Assembly: GCA_044225365.1 (NCBI GenBank)
Contig: JBGAIQ010000025.1
Span: forward strand, 16,937-80,936
Source of the DNA: Planctomycetota bacterium
GTDB taxonomy: Bacteria; Planctomycetota; B15-G4; JADJEK01
DNA length: 64,000 nt
Reading direction: 5' to 3'
A program made the position numbers and the translations under genes. The notes under the pieces were generated by a model, which saw only the letters and a program-made list of their open reading frames with translations, was not told the origin of the DNA and made no database searches. Below, piece by piece: positions 9,701 to 18,976 of the stretch; within the stretch, counting starts at the first letter, position 1, and every line of letters begins with the position of its first letter.

Positions 9701-12346
9701 AACGCCTCCGGTCCATTCGTACGAGCGCCGCACGAGTTCGACCACGACCGTGAGTTCGCTACGGTATGGAGACAAAGACGCGGACGACCCGCCCACGAGC
9801 GCGACGAGGTCGAGGCCATCTTTCGTCCAGCGCGCCCCGATGCGGTAGTCCTTCGGCAGTACTTCTCCTTCCAGCGAGCGTGTGACGACGCGTCCGCCCG
9901 GATCCTCCACCTCGATCGTCGCGAGCGCGCGCAGGAATTGCCCCTTCGTCTCCGGCGATGCAGGCGACAACGGCGGCACGTCGAACTCGACGCGCGCGTG
10001 GCCGGCTTCGTCGAGCGCCGTGGTGATCGAGGGCAATGCTCCGTGTCGCGGATCGGCGAGGTCCGCCGACTCGAACACACCGCCGAACTCGAATCCGCTC
10101 TCGTCGACGAACGACTGCGGCGAGAGATGCACGCTGACCGTGGCTCGCGCGGAGACGAGCGGAGCACCCGACAACCAATGAGCATCGATCTCGATCGCGC
10201 CACGCGATCCGAACGCGAGCGCTTCCTCGAACTTCGCGGCGACCTCGATGCGCGGCGGAGTGACCGTCGCGACGCGGAACGAAGTGCCGCCGATCGACTG
10301 CTCGGTCGCAGCATCCTGAACGTCGACTCGCCAGTATCCGAGCGGATCGCTCGGATCCGTCGCCACGTCGAACACGAGGATGCCGCCCGCGCTCGGGTCG
10401 AGTCGTTGATCGCCGCGCACGCGCTGCGCCGGGTCGTACCACTTCACGCGCAGAGGCCGCCGCGACGCCGCGAGGGTGTCGTCCCGCACCAGGGCGACGA
10501 CGTGTGCAGACTCGCCCGGACGCACGATCCCGCGATCGGTCGCGACGAACGCCTCGAGCTGGCCCTTGCGAAGGTAGTCGCGCTCGGCGGCGTCGGCAGC
10601 GAAGACCGACCCATTCGCGCAAGGATCGACCTCGAAGTGCGAGAGATCGACGAATGCCGTGTCCTCGTCCTTCCTGGCGACGACGCAGAACGGCGTCTCG
10701 TCGCCCACGAAGGCGAGCATCGCGAATCCTCGCTCGTCGGTCACTCCCTGCGCCAGGCGTTGATTCGTCTTCGACAACAATTCGACCGATGCGCCGCTCG
10801 TGGGCGCGCCGCTCGCGAGCGACGCCACATGGACGAGCGCGGACTCGCGCGTCGCACGGAACGCGATTCGCAGATCCGTGATCGCGATGAGCTCCCGCTG
10901 CACGCGCCACTCCTGCTCGCGATCGAACACTTCGACGAGGAACATCCCGCGCGGCGGTTTACCGAGCATCTCGCGGAGATCGACTCGTTGCTCGAAGCGG
11001 GTGTTTCGCGCGGCCGAGATCGGAAAGGTGCGTTCGACGAATCCGCCGCTGAATGCGGGATCCGGGTCGCTGTCGGCCGAAGAACGCTGCTGGCGGAGGA
11101 AATGGAGGGCGTTGTTGTCGTAGACCTGCTTCGCTCGCACCACGACCGTCTCGACGTTCATCCCGAAGACCGCGATCTCGGGGCGCGCCAGCGACGACAG
11201 CACGATCCCGTCGTCGACGAAGCCGACCGTCGGCTCGGAATCCGCGATGCGCACCGGCAGAAGCAGCGCCTTCTCGAGACGCGCGAGTCCCTTGCCCGGG
11301 AATCCCGCAGCCAGCGTGACCGTGTAGGTCTCGCCAGGTTCGAATTGGCCGGTCAGCCGCACACCGGAGAGCCCGATGCGGAAAAGCGAGAAGTCGACTC
11401 TCGGTTCGAGCGTGATCCACGGAGCATCGGGATCGACGATCTGCCGATCGAACATCACGTCGATGCGATCGCTCGTGCCCGCCACCGACTCGATTCCGAG
11501 CGGAGCGACGAGATCGACACGCCATTCGTTTTCGGTCGACTCGAGAGGCACGTCGCCCTCTCGCGCACGCAATGTGTCGGCGATCGCAACCCGGACTACG
11601 TTGGGCGCCCCATCGCCAAGACGAATCTCGAATCCCGAGACGATGCCGATCGCATCGCGATCACCTACTTCGTCCCCGCCTTCGGTGGCGTCGACGACGA
11701 GGTCGCGGACCTCACGGGTGAGTTCCTTGCCCGCCTCGTCCCGCACGAGGAGCGCGCGATCGAGAGCGGCGAGATCCAGCCTCATGTCGAATCCGACGAA
11801 GAACCGGCGCACGCTCGCATCCTGCTCGAGCGCGGCGACGGCCGCGACCCGCGGTCCCGCAGTCGCGAATTCGCTCGTCGTTCCCGTCTCGACGAGGCCG
11901 AATTCGGTCCGTAGGTCGCGCTTCACGACCAGCTTGAAACGACGTGCACGCGGCAGAGGGTTCTCGAGGACGAGCGTGATGCGATCGAAAGGATGCGCCG
12001 TGTCCGTCGCGACGCTCGCCTTGCGCAGGGCGAACGGATTCGCAACGGGATCCGCCTTTGCGTTGGCGGAGACGAGGTCGAACGCGGAAGCGTCGAGCGC
12101 TTCGAACGTGCTGGCCTCGAGCTTCGTCGCGAAGTCGATCACGATGCGTTCGCGCGAGGCGTCGTTCGGATCGCGTTCGACGCGCGTTCGCATCGCCGAC
12201 GGCCGAAGGCGAAGGAGATCGACGCCGCAGGGATCGGGACCGGTCACGGTCGATCGTCCGGCGAGGAAGCAGAGGAGTCCGAGAGCAATGAAACGAAACG
12301 ACGAAGGAGTCGCCGCGAGCCGCGCGGCGAACGAGGAGAGGCGCAT
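6773..12346 (-). CDS. Bacterial alpha-2-macroglobulin (MG2/YfhM family), ~1857 aa
   Basis: Thioester motif YPYGCTEQ; TDRGIVRPGE; C-terminal 'YPIRATFRGAYEIPPARCEALY'. Start chosen at MRLSSF (signal-peptide-like). Confidence 0.92.
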   Translation of the reverse strand: MRLSSFAARLAATPSSFRFIALGLLCFLAGRSTVTGPDPCGVDLLRLRPSAMRTRVERDPNDASRERIVIDFATKLEASTFEALDASAFDLVSANAKADPVANPFALRKASVATDTAHPFDRITLVLENPLPRARRFKLVVKRDLRTEFGLVETGTTSEFATAGPRVAAVAALEQDASVRRFFVGFDMRLDLAALDRALLVRDEAGKELTREVRDLVVDATEGGDEVGDRDAIGIVSGFEIRLGDGAPNVVRVAIADTLRAREGDVPLESTENEWRVDLVAPLGIESVAGTSDRIDVMFDRQIVDPDAPWITLEPRVDFSLFRIGLSGVRLTGQFEPGETYTVTLAAGFPGKGLARLEKALLLPVRIADSEPTVGFVDDGIVLSSLARPEIAVFGMNVETVVVRAKQVYDNNALHFLRQQRSSADSDPDPAFSGGFVERTFPISAARNTRFEQRVDLREMLGKPPRGMFLVEVFDREQEWRVQRELIAITDLRIAFRATRESALVHVASLASGAPTSGASVELLSKTNQRLAQGVTDERGFAMLAFVGDETPFCVVARKDEDTAFVDLSHFEVDPCANGSVFAADAAERDYLRKGQLEAFVATDRGIVRPGESAHVVALVRDDTLAASRRPLRVKWYDPAQRVRGDQRLDPSAGGILVFDVATDPSDPLGYWRVDVQDAATEQSIGGTSFRVATVTPPRIEVAAKFEEALAFGSRGAIEIDAHWLSGAPLVSARATVSVHLSPQSFVDESGFEFGGVFESADLADPRHGALPSITTALDEAGHARVEFDVPPLSPASPETKGQFLRALATIEVEDPGGRVVTRSLEGEVLPKDYRIGARWTKDGLDLVALVGGSSASLSPYRSELTVVVELVRRSYEWTGGVPLEIGASMGRRGRVHVRPRSERYVETRSVVKKVDVTIRNGAAHVDAAQLGVIGDPGYGSLFISVGSQDRRVDVPVTSSAPRPDELVLTALGDRFAPGDRIPLEIDSPMKGVALITVEGGGIHAATRAVLEAGKNQVAIDLPRNGLPPSAYVIATLARPQKEMGGSPEDADRASLFSCSTVIEIDCAEHVGALTLEAPRAVEPGSMLEAKVHATRFGPGSECVVLAVDRGALFGAASPAADPREFFLAKRRLDSRGADSALALRHGAIFDVSAPGGDGDFDSIAAGRIEATGVDQRSVVLMRRVDLDANGEATVQLDLGAARDYEGRLALIAIASGAQRFGCDFAETIVKAPLSIAMSTPHVVRRGDRFEVPVTVRNSTGVAGDLTLDIACGENLALSGSGPTIRVPLAIGEERTLYVPVLVDDQETSDARVALSRGEVRVQGKLGAFERTVVAAFSIAPQRPITTSREAIAFGSDSERTLTVDPSFEGNVRVRLVLDGHQESRLAAAERELLDYPYGCTEQVSSQLLARIGAAHMTLVGDGDEGKERVALDAFVHVGLQKIFSAQTAAGGFSFWRDSAEEYPLPTLHALEAMLELSDRGFPVPEGALKRAAAHAAREFANSEDPLIAATAADLAGRAGIPSRPAIERAARSKVRNARIRAALALARAGERERARALLLGSLGAVASPAPAAGEPSIVNDRSSNSLGDSLGSLGSAFVSSALELRTWLVVDPKDSHVDAIAARLLPRLEDPKQLTTYEMAHGLLALRTYFAAFGLPQSKDLRVNLTITVGGNRIERSLSNGPGGESLDWTATLRGGESIVVGADGPVFGVFEVVGRRAPPSKSASADLTIRRTIHNVPDDLPILPGAAIERGRLYEVVLRGHAERDVDGVAIIDSIAAGCEGENRVSGIATDRVEIRDGGAFFFVDHLPAGDFELRYPIRATFRGAYEIPPARCEALYRPGIVAWSSSALSELVVR

Positions 12347-12474
12347 GGGGTTCCCGTGGGAGGAGCGCGACACGCCGGGGCCGCACCAGCGTCCGGAGGG
12401 AAACGGACGTGGGGCGGGAATGCCGAGAGTGTCGTGGAGCCAACCGCTGCGACGAGTGTAGGCGCTCCTCGACT

Positions 12475-12495
12475 CTGTCAACATGCTGTCAACAT
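12475..12495. promoter_or_regulatory. 11-bp-period direct repeat CTGTCAACAT-G-CTGTCAACAT (Pho-box/OmpR-family-like site)
   Basis: Exact 10-mer tandem repeat; reads TTGACA twice on the minus strand upstream of A2M. Confidence 0.45.
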
Positions 12496-12778
12496 CCCGC
12501 CCATCAACGAAGCGGCCCATAGCACACGGCGAACGGCCAGCTCCGTCCAGGTAGCGAAGTTCAGGCAATGGCGGACGGGTGTTCCGCGCTCTCGAATGCC
12601 GCGAGGGCTTCGAACCTTCGCACCTACTCGAAAACATCGTCGGCGATCGAGTGCGGCTTGAATCAATTCGCCGCAGGATCCGCGCGACCACCACAAAGGC
12701 TGATTTGGATTCATCTAATGGCAATCAATTGTCCGGGGGTTGTCCGGGGTTCGAGGCGAACTGGGTATGCTCGCAGCG

Positions 12779-13441
12779 ATGGAATCCTCCCTGCGACGCA
12801 TCCTCGAGCCCGAAGTGATGGACACGCCCGACGAGGCGGAGGCCTACGACCGTATGGACCACGGCGAGGTCAATCGCGCCCTGGTGCAGCGGTTCGTCGA
12901 ACTCGGCGCCCGAGGCAGGATCCTCGACGTGGGCACCGGACCGGCGCACATCCCGATCCTCGTCGCAGCCGCGATCGGGGACTGCTCGATCGAGGCGATC
13001 GATGCCGCGCATCACATGCTCGCGCACGGCCGCCGCAATGTGGCGCGCGAAGGGTTCTCGCATCGCATCCGCCTCACATTGTGCGATGCGAAGCGCCTCC
13101 CCTTCCCCGATCACAGCTTCGACGCGGTGATCAGCAACAGCATCGTCCATCACATCCCCGAGCCGAGTGCGTGCTTCGCCGAGATCGCGCGGGTGGTGAA
13201 GCGGGACGGTGTCATCCTCTTGCGCGATCTGAAGCGCCCGTTCGATCGCGCCGAGCTCGATCATCTCGTCGCGACCCACGCGAGGGACGCCGACGATCGC
13301 CAGCGCGGGCTGTTCCGCGATTCCCTGCACGCGGCTTTCACCCTCGGCGAGATCCGCAGTCTGCTCGCAGCGTCCGGTCTCCCCGACCTTCGCATCTACG
13401 CCAACAGCGATCGCCACTGGACGGCCGAGCGCGGCCGCTGA
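12779..13441 (+). CDS. Class I SAM-dependent methyltransferase
   Basis: RILEPEVMD, ILDVGTGPA, DAKRLPFPDHSFDAVISNSIVHH motifs. Confidence 0.9.
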   Translation: MESSLRRILEPEVMDTPDEAEAYDRMDHGEVNRALVQRFVELGARGRILDVGTGPAHIPILVAAAIGDCSIEAIDAAHHMLAHGRRNVAREGFSHRIRLTLCDAKRLPFPDHSFDAVISNSIVHHIPEPSACFAEIARVVKRDGVILLRDLKRPFDRAELDHLVATHARDADDRQRGLFRDSLHAAFTLGEIRSLLAASGLPDLRIYANSDRHWTAERGR

Positions 13442-13536
13442 ACGCGCCCCGATTTGCATTCCAACGCGAACCGCTAGGATTCGTAGGAATGCGAGGCGGT
13501 GGATCGCCGCGGAATCATCCTCCCCAAAGAAAGAAA

Positions 13537-14583
13537 ATGGAGAACTTCATGCTCGTCGGTATCTCTCGGATCATGGCCCTCGTCTTCCTGCTCGCGGGAA
13601 TCGCGTTCGGAGGCGACGACGCCAAGACACTCGCCGCCAAGATCCAAACGGCCGAGGCCAAGAAGGACTACGCCGCGATGATCGACGCCGGCAAGCAATT
13701 GCTCGCGCTCGATCCCAAGAGCGCGGTCGCGATGAACGGGCTCGGCATCGGGCTCCACATGAGCGGCAAGTACGACGAGGCCCTCGAGTACCACAAGATG
13801 CTCGCGGCCTCGGGCGCGAAGGACGCGTCGACGGGTGCCTACAACGCTGCGTGCGCCTACGCCCTCAAGGGCGACACGGAAGCCGCCTTCGAATGGCTCG
13901 AGAAGTCCCACAAGATGGGCTTCGATCAGGTCGGCCAGGTCAAGATGGATAGCGACCTCAAGTCGCTGCACAATGATCCGCGCTTCAAGCAGATCCTCGA
14001 AGCGATGGCGGATCCGGCGCCGGCGAAGACCGCCGTGGCCGCCGCGGGCGACGAGACCAAGAAAGCCGCGCCGCAGGCATTCATCGCGTCGCAGTTCAAG
14101 GAGCGCCGTGGCACGCGCGTCGCCGCGTTCGGCGATGCCTGGTGCAAGCAGGTCTCGATCGAGTACGGCCCGGTCAACTGGAAGGACGAGTACGAGGACC
14201 AGATCAAGAGCGGCAAGCTCGATGGTCAGCGCTGGCGCACCGGTTCGGACTTCTGGACCAATGTCGACGCGAGCACGTCGTTCGTGCTCGGCGACAAGAC
14301 GTTCGACGCCGGCGAGTACTACCTGATGACCGAGCGCTCGAAGGACGGTCAGTACACCGTGATCCTCGTCCCCGCCGCCGAGATCCGAAAGGCTCAGATC
14401 GACGCGTTCCAGGCGCCGGAGTCCAAGGGCGGCGTTGCGGTCGCGATGAAGCACGAGAGCATCGACGAAGCCGATGAGCTCGTGATCCGTCTCCAGACGG
14501 AGAACCAGGGCAGCACGAAGGGCAATCTCACGATCAAGTTCGGCACGCACCAATTGTCGGCGCCGTTCGAGATCAAACTCTGA
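13537..14583 (+). CDS. Secreted TPR + DUF2911-like protein
   Basis: Signal peptide; TPR 'YNAACAYALKGDTEAAFEWL' with DSDL tail; C-terminal 'IEYGPV..WRTG..AGEY' pattern resembling DUF2911. Confidence 0.7.
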   Translation: MENFMLVGISRIMALVFLLAGIAFGGDDAKTLAAKIQTAEAKKDYAAMIDAGKQLLALDPKSAVAMNGLGIGLHMSGKYDEALEYHKMLAASGAKDASTGAYNAACAYALKGDTEAAFEWLEKSHKMGFDQVGQVKMDSDLKSLHNDPRFKQILEAMADPAPAKTAVAAAGDETKKAAPQAFIASQFKERRGTRVAAFGDAWCKQVSIEYGPVNWKDEYEDQIKSGKLDGQRWRTGSDFWTNVDASTSFVLGDKTFDAGEYYLMTERSKDGQYTVILVPAAEIRKAQIDAFQAPESKGGVAVAMKHESIDEADELVIRLQTENQGSTKGNLTIKFGTHQLSAPFEIKL

Positions 14584-14603
14584 GACTTCGGCCGTCGTAG
14601 CAG

Positions 14604-14644
14604 GAGCGCGCGGGACGAAGGTCGTTCCGCGCGCTCTTCGTTTT
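14604..14644 (+). terminator. Intrinsic terminator
   Basis: GAGCGCGCGGGACG-aaggt-CGTTCCGCGCGCTC followed by TTCGTTTT. Confidence 0.7.
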
Positions 14645-14658
14645 CACGTCCGATCATC

Positions 14659-16248
14659 ATGAGACCGAGGACCTACTTCTTCGCCGCGGTCGCGATCCTC
14701 GCGCTGGTCGCCTTCGCCCTCTACGAGTCCTCGTCGCGCGTCGCCGTCGACCGCGAGCCACGCACGCCGACGCCCTCGCCTTCGCTCACGGCGCCGCATC
14801 TCAGAAGCGATGGAAGGGCCGACGAACTTCGTGATCCGCAGCCGAGCGTCGCGCGAGAAGAAGCGGTTGCCGCGCCGCTCGTCGCGCCGATGCCCGGGGC
14901 GACGAGCGGCAGCGTCGTCGTCCATTTCACGAGCAAGGGCGCTCCCGTCGCGAATGTCGGCATCCGCCTCACGCAGCCGGTGAATCGCGCGGGGATCGAC
15001 GCCCCGCAGCGTGAATCGACCGACGCGGACGGCATCGCGCGCTTCGACGAAGTACCGCCGGCCTCGTACGTCGTGCGCTGCGATCGCGGCCCCTCGCCAA
15101 GGGTCCAGGTCGTGGCCGGCGAGGAGTCGCGGGTCGAGATCGCGATCGACGATGGCATCGGAATCGAAGGCCGCGTCGTGGACGAGAAGGGACAGGCCGT
15201 CGCGGGCGCCGACGTCTTCCTCTCGCGCTTCGGCCAGTGGGAGGAGGACGCGGTCGTCGCCACGTCGCGGACGGACGGCGCGTTCGACATCGCGGGTCTC
15301 GTCGGGAACAACCACATCGGGGCCCGCAAGGCCGGCTACGCGCCATCGGCATTGTTGCGCATCCGCGACTCATCGGGGGCCGAGAACGCACCGAATGCGC
15401 AGGAGAAGTTCACGCTCACGCTCGTGACCGGCGGTTCGGCGATCTTCGGCCGAGTGACCGACGCGAATGGGCAGGCCTGCGCTCACGCACGGGTCATCGT
15501 GGATCCCGACACCACGTACTCGAACCCGACGGAGGATGGCAGCCTGCGCCGGCACGAACGATGGATGTTCACGGCAAGCGATGGCAGCTATCGCGTGGAA
15601 GGCCTCGAACCCGGAATGCACTCGATCTCGTTCCGCGCACAGGCGATGGCTCCGCATCGCCAGGAATGCACGACCCCGCGCGATGGCGCGACCGAAGTGA
15701 ACGTCGTTCTGCGAATGGGCGCGGTGATCTACGGCATCGTGACCGATCCCGCCGATCCAATCGGCCGATGCGTCGCAGGGGCGCAGATCTCGGCCGAAAC
15801 CGGGTTCTTCAGTGAATCGTCGTTCGCCACGTCGGACGCGCAGGGCGCCTACCGCTTCGATTCGCTTCCTGCGGGTGAGATCAAGATCGCGGCGACCACG
15901 GCGAACGCGCCGCGGTCCGAGCAGAAGGCGACGACGATCGAGGGTCAGGCGACACGCGTCGACATCACATTGCGAGTGACCCTCGAGTTGAAGGGGCGCG
16001 TCGCCGATGTCGCAGGTGGTCCGATCAAAGGCGCGCGAATCTGCGCCATCTCGACGCAGGAGTCCACCCTGTGGGTCCGCGAGACGCACTCGACCGACGA
16101 TGGATCGTTCTCATTCACCGGTGCACCCGACACACCTCTGCGACTCATCGCCTACTGGCCCTCCGATCCGGCGTCGCGCGGCGCCGAGAAGGACGACGTC
16201 CGCGCCGACAAGGGCGAGATCGTGATGGTTCTGAAGAACGGCCCGTGA
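14659..16248 (+). CDS. Carboxypeptidase-regulatory-like repeat protein (membrane-anchored)
   Basis: N-terminal TM helix; repeated 'I.GRVVD..G.PVAGA.V' and 'TD.DG.Y....L..G' units. Confidence 0.8.
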   Translation: MRPRTYFFAAVAILALVAFALYESSSRVAVDREPRTPTPSPSLTAPHLRSDGRADELRDPQPSVAREEAVAAPLVAPMPGATSGSVVVHFTSKGAPVANVGIRLTQPVNRAGIDAPQRESTDADGIARFDEVPPASYVVRCDRGPSPRVQVVAGEESRVEIAIDDGIGIEGRVVDEKGQAVAGADVFLSRFGQWEEDAVVATSRTDGAFDIAGLVGNNHIGARKAGYAPSALLRIRDSSGAENAPNAQEKFTLTLVTGGSAIFGRVTDANGQACAHARVIVDPDTTYSNPTEDGSLRRHERWMFTASDGSYRVEGLEPGMHSISFRAQAMAPHRQECTTPRDGATEVNVVLRMGAVIYGIVTDPADPIGRCVAGAQISAETGFFSESSFATSDAQGAYRFDSLPAGEIKIAATTANAPRSEQKATTIEGQATRVDITLRVTLELKGRVADVAGGPIKGARICAISTQESTLWVRETHSTDDGSFSFTGAPDTPLRLIAYWPSDPASRGAEKDDVRADKGEIVMVLKNGP

Positions 16249-16303
16249 TCGTGGGGAGTGTGATGCGTTGTGATCGCGGGGGCGACTCGCATAGACTTCG
16301 GGC

Positions 16304-18940
16304 GTGACCGAAGAGAACGCACCCCAGAAACTGAGGATCGCCGACGACAAGCCGCTCACTCCGGCGATGGCGCAATACCATCGGTGGAAGACGGCGCATC
16401 CGGACTGCATGCTCTTCTTCCGGATGGGCGACTTCTTCGAGTTGTTCTACGAGGACGCAAAGCGCGCCGCCGACGACATCGGCCTCACGCTCACGTCCCG
16501 CTCGAAGGGACCGGATGCCGTGCCGATGGCCGGCGTTCCCGTGCGCAACGTCGATCACTACCTGAAGAAGCTCGTCACCCTCGGCCACCGTGTCGCGATC
16601 TGCGATCAGATCCAGGATCCGAAGGAGGCCGACGGCGTCGTTGATCGCGCGGTCATCCGCATCGTGACCGCCGGCACGCTGACGGAGGACGACCTCCTCG
16701 ATCGCGCTCAGGCGAACTACCTCGCCGCGATCGCGATCCACAAGAGCAAGACGGCGGGCATCGCGTTCCTCGACGTCTCGACCGGCGAGTTCGGCGTCGA
16801 AGAATGCGCGGAGGGCGACATCGTCGACTCGCTCACGCGACGGAACGCGGCCGAGGTGGTCCTGCCCGAGTCCCTGCGCGACGCCCCCATCGCGGCGCAT
16901 CTGAAAGCGGCAGGCATCAAAGCGATCACGCTGCGGCCCGATTGGGAGTTCGAGAAGAACTCCGCGCTCGAGGCGATCGCCGAGCAATACGGCGTCACGA
17001 CGCTCGACGGTTTCGGACTCGACGCGGAGTCCCCGATCGCGCAGGCCTGCGGTGCGGCGCTGCGTTACGTCTCCCTCACGCAGAAGACGAAACTGAAGAA
17101 CCTCGCTCCGCCGCGACTCGACGCGACGACGCGACGGCTCGTACTCGATCGCGCGACGCGCGCCTGCCTCGAGCTCACGCAGACCGCGCGCGATGACCGC
17201 CGCGAGGGGTCGCTGCTCCACGTACTCGACGACACCCGCACCGCCCTCGGCGCTCGCCGCCTGCGGGAGTGGCTTCTCGCACCACTCGTCGCCGTCGACG
17301 AGATCGCGGCGCGCCAGGCCGCTGTCGCGGAGTTCGTGGGCTCGCGGGATTCGCGCACCGACCTCGCCGCGCTGCTCTCGCAGATCGGCGACATCGAACG
17401 ATTGCTCTCGCGAATCGTCACGCGCCGAGCGAACGCTCGCGACACCGTCGCCCTCCGCGCCGCTCTCCGCACGGTTCCCGCGCTGCGCGCCGCGCTCGCG
17501 TTCGCGAGCTCCGCCGAACTCGTGCGGACCCGCGACCGGCTCGATCCGCAGAGCGATCTCCTCGTCCTCCTCGAGGGCGCGATCGCCGACGAGCCGCCGC
17601 TCACACTTCGCGAGGGCGGCATCATCCGCGACGGCCATTCGACAGAACTCGACGAACTGCGCGGCATCCATCGCGACGGCAATCGCTTCCTCGTCGAGTA
17701 TCAGCAGCGGGAGATCGAACGCTCGGGGATCCAGAACCTGCGCGTCGGCTTCAACTCCGTCTTTGGGTTCTACATCGAGATCACGAACTCGTGGAAGGAT
17801 CAGGTCCCTCCCGACTACATCCGCAAGCAGACGCTGAAGAACTGCGAGCGGTACATCACACCCGAACTGAAGGAGTACGAGAGCAAGGTCCTGAACGCGG
17901 AAGAACGCGCCAACAAGCTCGAGTTCGAGTTGTTCGAGAACGTTTGTTCGAGGATCACGGCGGCCCAGGACGCGTTGAAAGCGACCGCGTCGGCGATCGC
18001 CGATCTCGACGCGCTCTTGTCGCTCGCGAGCGTCGCACAGCTCCACGGCTGGACGCGACCCGTGGTCGACGAGGGCGACGAACTCGTGATCGAGGATGGC
18101 CGCCATCCCGTCATCGCCCATCTCATCGGCCAGGCGAACTTCGTCCCGAACGATGCGCGGCTCGACGGCAAGGAGCGGCGCCTCGCGATCGTGACGGGCC
18201 CCAACATGGCGGGCAAGTCGACCTTCATCCGCCAGGTCGCGCTGATCCAGATCCTCGCCCAACTCGGCAGCTTCGTGCCCGCGAAGGCCGCACACGTCGG
18301 CGTCGCCGATCGAGTGTTCGCTCGCGTCGGGGCGTCGGACGACCTGTCGCGCGGCCACAGCACGTTCATGGTCGAGATGACCGAGACTGCGAACATCCTG
18401 AACAACGCGACGAAGAAGAGCCTCGTGATCCTCGACGAAGTCGGACGCGGGACGTCGACGTTCGACGGAATGGCGCTCGCCTGGGCGATCTCGGAGCACC
18501 TGCTCCTCACGATCGGCGCCCGTACCCTCTTCGCGACGCACTATCACCAACTGATCGATCTTTCCGGGGTGCATCGAGGCGTGATCAACCTGTCGGTCAC
18601 CGTCCGCGAATGGGGCGACGAGATCGTCTTCCTGCATCGAATCGCCGAGGGCGGTCTCGACAAGTCGTACGGCATCCACGTCGCTCGCCTCGCAGGCGTT
18701 CCTCGCGCGGTGCTCGAGCGCGCCGCGGCGATCCTGCTCGATCTGGAGAAGCAGGCGCCGGAGCTTCAGCCGTCGTCCCACGGAGCCCGCGCGGCCGCGC
18801 CCCCGAAGAAACAACAAGCGCTGTTGTTCGAGTCGAGCGAGCAGGAAGTGGCACGCGATCTCAAGAAGCTCGATCTCGATCGACTCTCGCCGATCGAGGC
18901 CCTCCTGAAGCTCCAGGAGTTGAAGAAGAAGCTCTCGTAG
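16304..18940 (+). CDS. mutS: DNA mismatch repair protein MutS
   Basis: TPAMAQY, FFRMGDFFELF, TGPNMAGKST, STFMVEM, DEVGRGTST, ATHYHQL and SYGIHVA motifs. Confidence 0.98.
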   Translation: MTEENAPQKLRIADDKPLTPAMAQYHRWKTAHPDCMLFFRMGDFFELFYEDAKRAADDIGLTLTSRSKGPDAVPMAGVPVRNVDHYLKKLVTLGHRVAICDQIQDPKEADGVVDRAVIRIVTAGTLTEDDLLDRAQANYLAAIAIHKSKTAGIAFLDVSTGEFGVEECAEGDIVDSLTRRNAAEVVLPESLRDAPIAAHLKAAGIKAITLRPDWEFEKNSALEAIAEQYGVTTLDGFGLDAESPIAQACGAALRYVSLTQKTKLKNLAPPRLDATTRRLVLDRATRACLELTQTARDDRREGSLLHVLDDTRTALGARRLREWLLAPLVAVDEIAARQAAVAEFVGSRDSRTDLAALLSQIGDIERLLSRIVTRRANARDTVALRAALRTVPALRAALAFASSAELVRTRDRLDPQSDLLVLLEGAIADEPPLTLREGGIIRDGHSTELDELRGIHRDGNRFLVEYQQREIERSGIQNLRVGFNSVFGFYIEITNSWKDQVPPDYIRKQTLKNCERYITPELKEYESKVLNAEERANKLEFELFENVCSRITAAQDALKATASAIADLDALLSLASVAQLHGWTRPVVDEGDELVIEDGRHPVIAHLIGQANFVPNDARLDGKERRLAIVTGPNMAGKSTFIRQVALIQILAQLGSFVPAKAAHVGVADRVFARVGASDDLSRGHSTFMVEMTETANILNNATKKSLVILDEVGRGTSTFDGMALAWAISEHLLLTIGARTLFATHYHQLIDLSGVHRGVINLSVTVREWGDEIVFLHRIAEGGLDKSYGIHVARLAGVPRAVLERAAAILLDLEKQAPELQPSSHGARAAAPPKKQQALLFESSEQEVARDLKKLDLDRLSPIEALLKLQELKKKLS

Positions 18941-18976
18941 GCGCGGCTTCGAAGGGAAGAACGCGCGCGCCTTCGA

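Noticed and set aside
9335-11914. Long antisense/overlapping ORFs (also 16145-18817, 27447-29888, 40031-42412, 57714-60722)
   Set aside because: Shadow ORFs of high-GC codon usage opposite well-supported genes; Arg-rich and without motifs.
12568-13536. N-terminal extension of the TPR protein (671-aa track ORF)
   Set aside because: It overlaps the methyltransferase in another frame; the signal peptide starts near 13537-13549.
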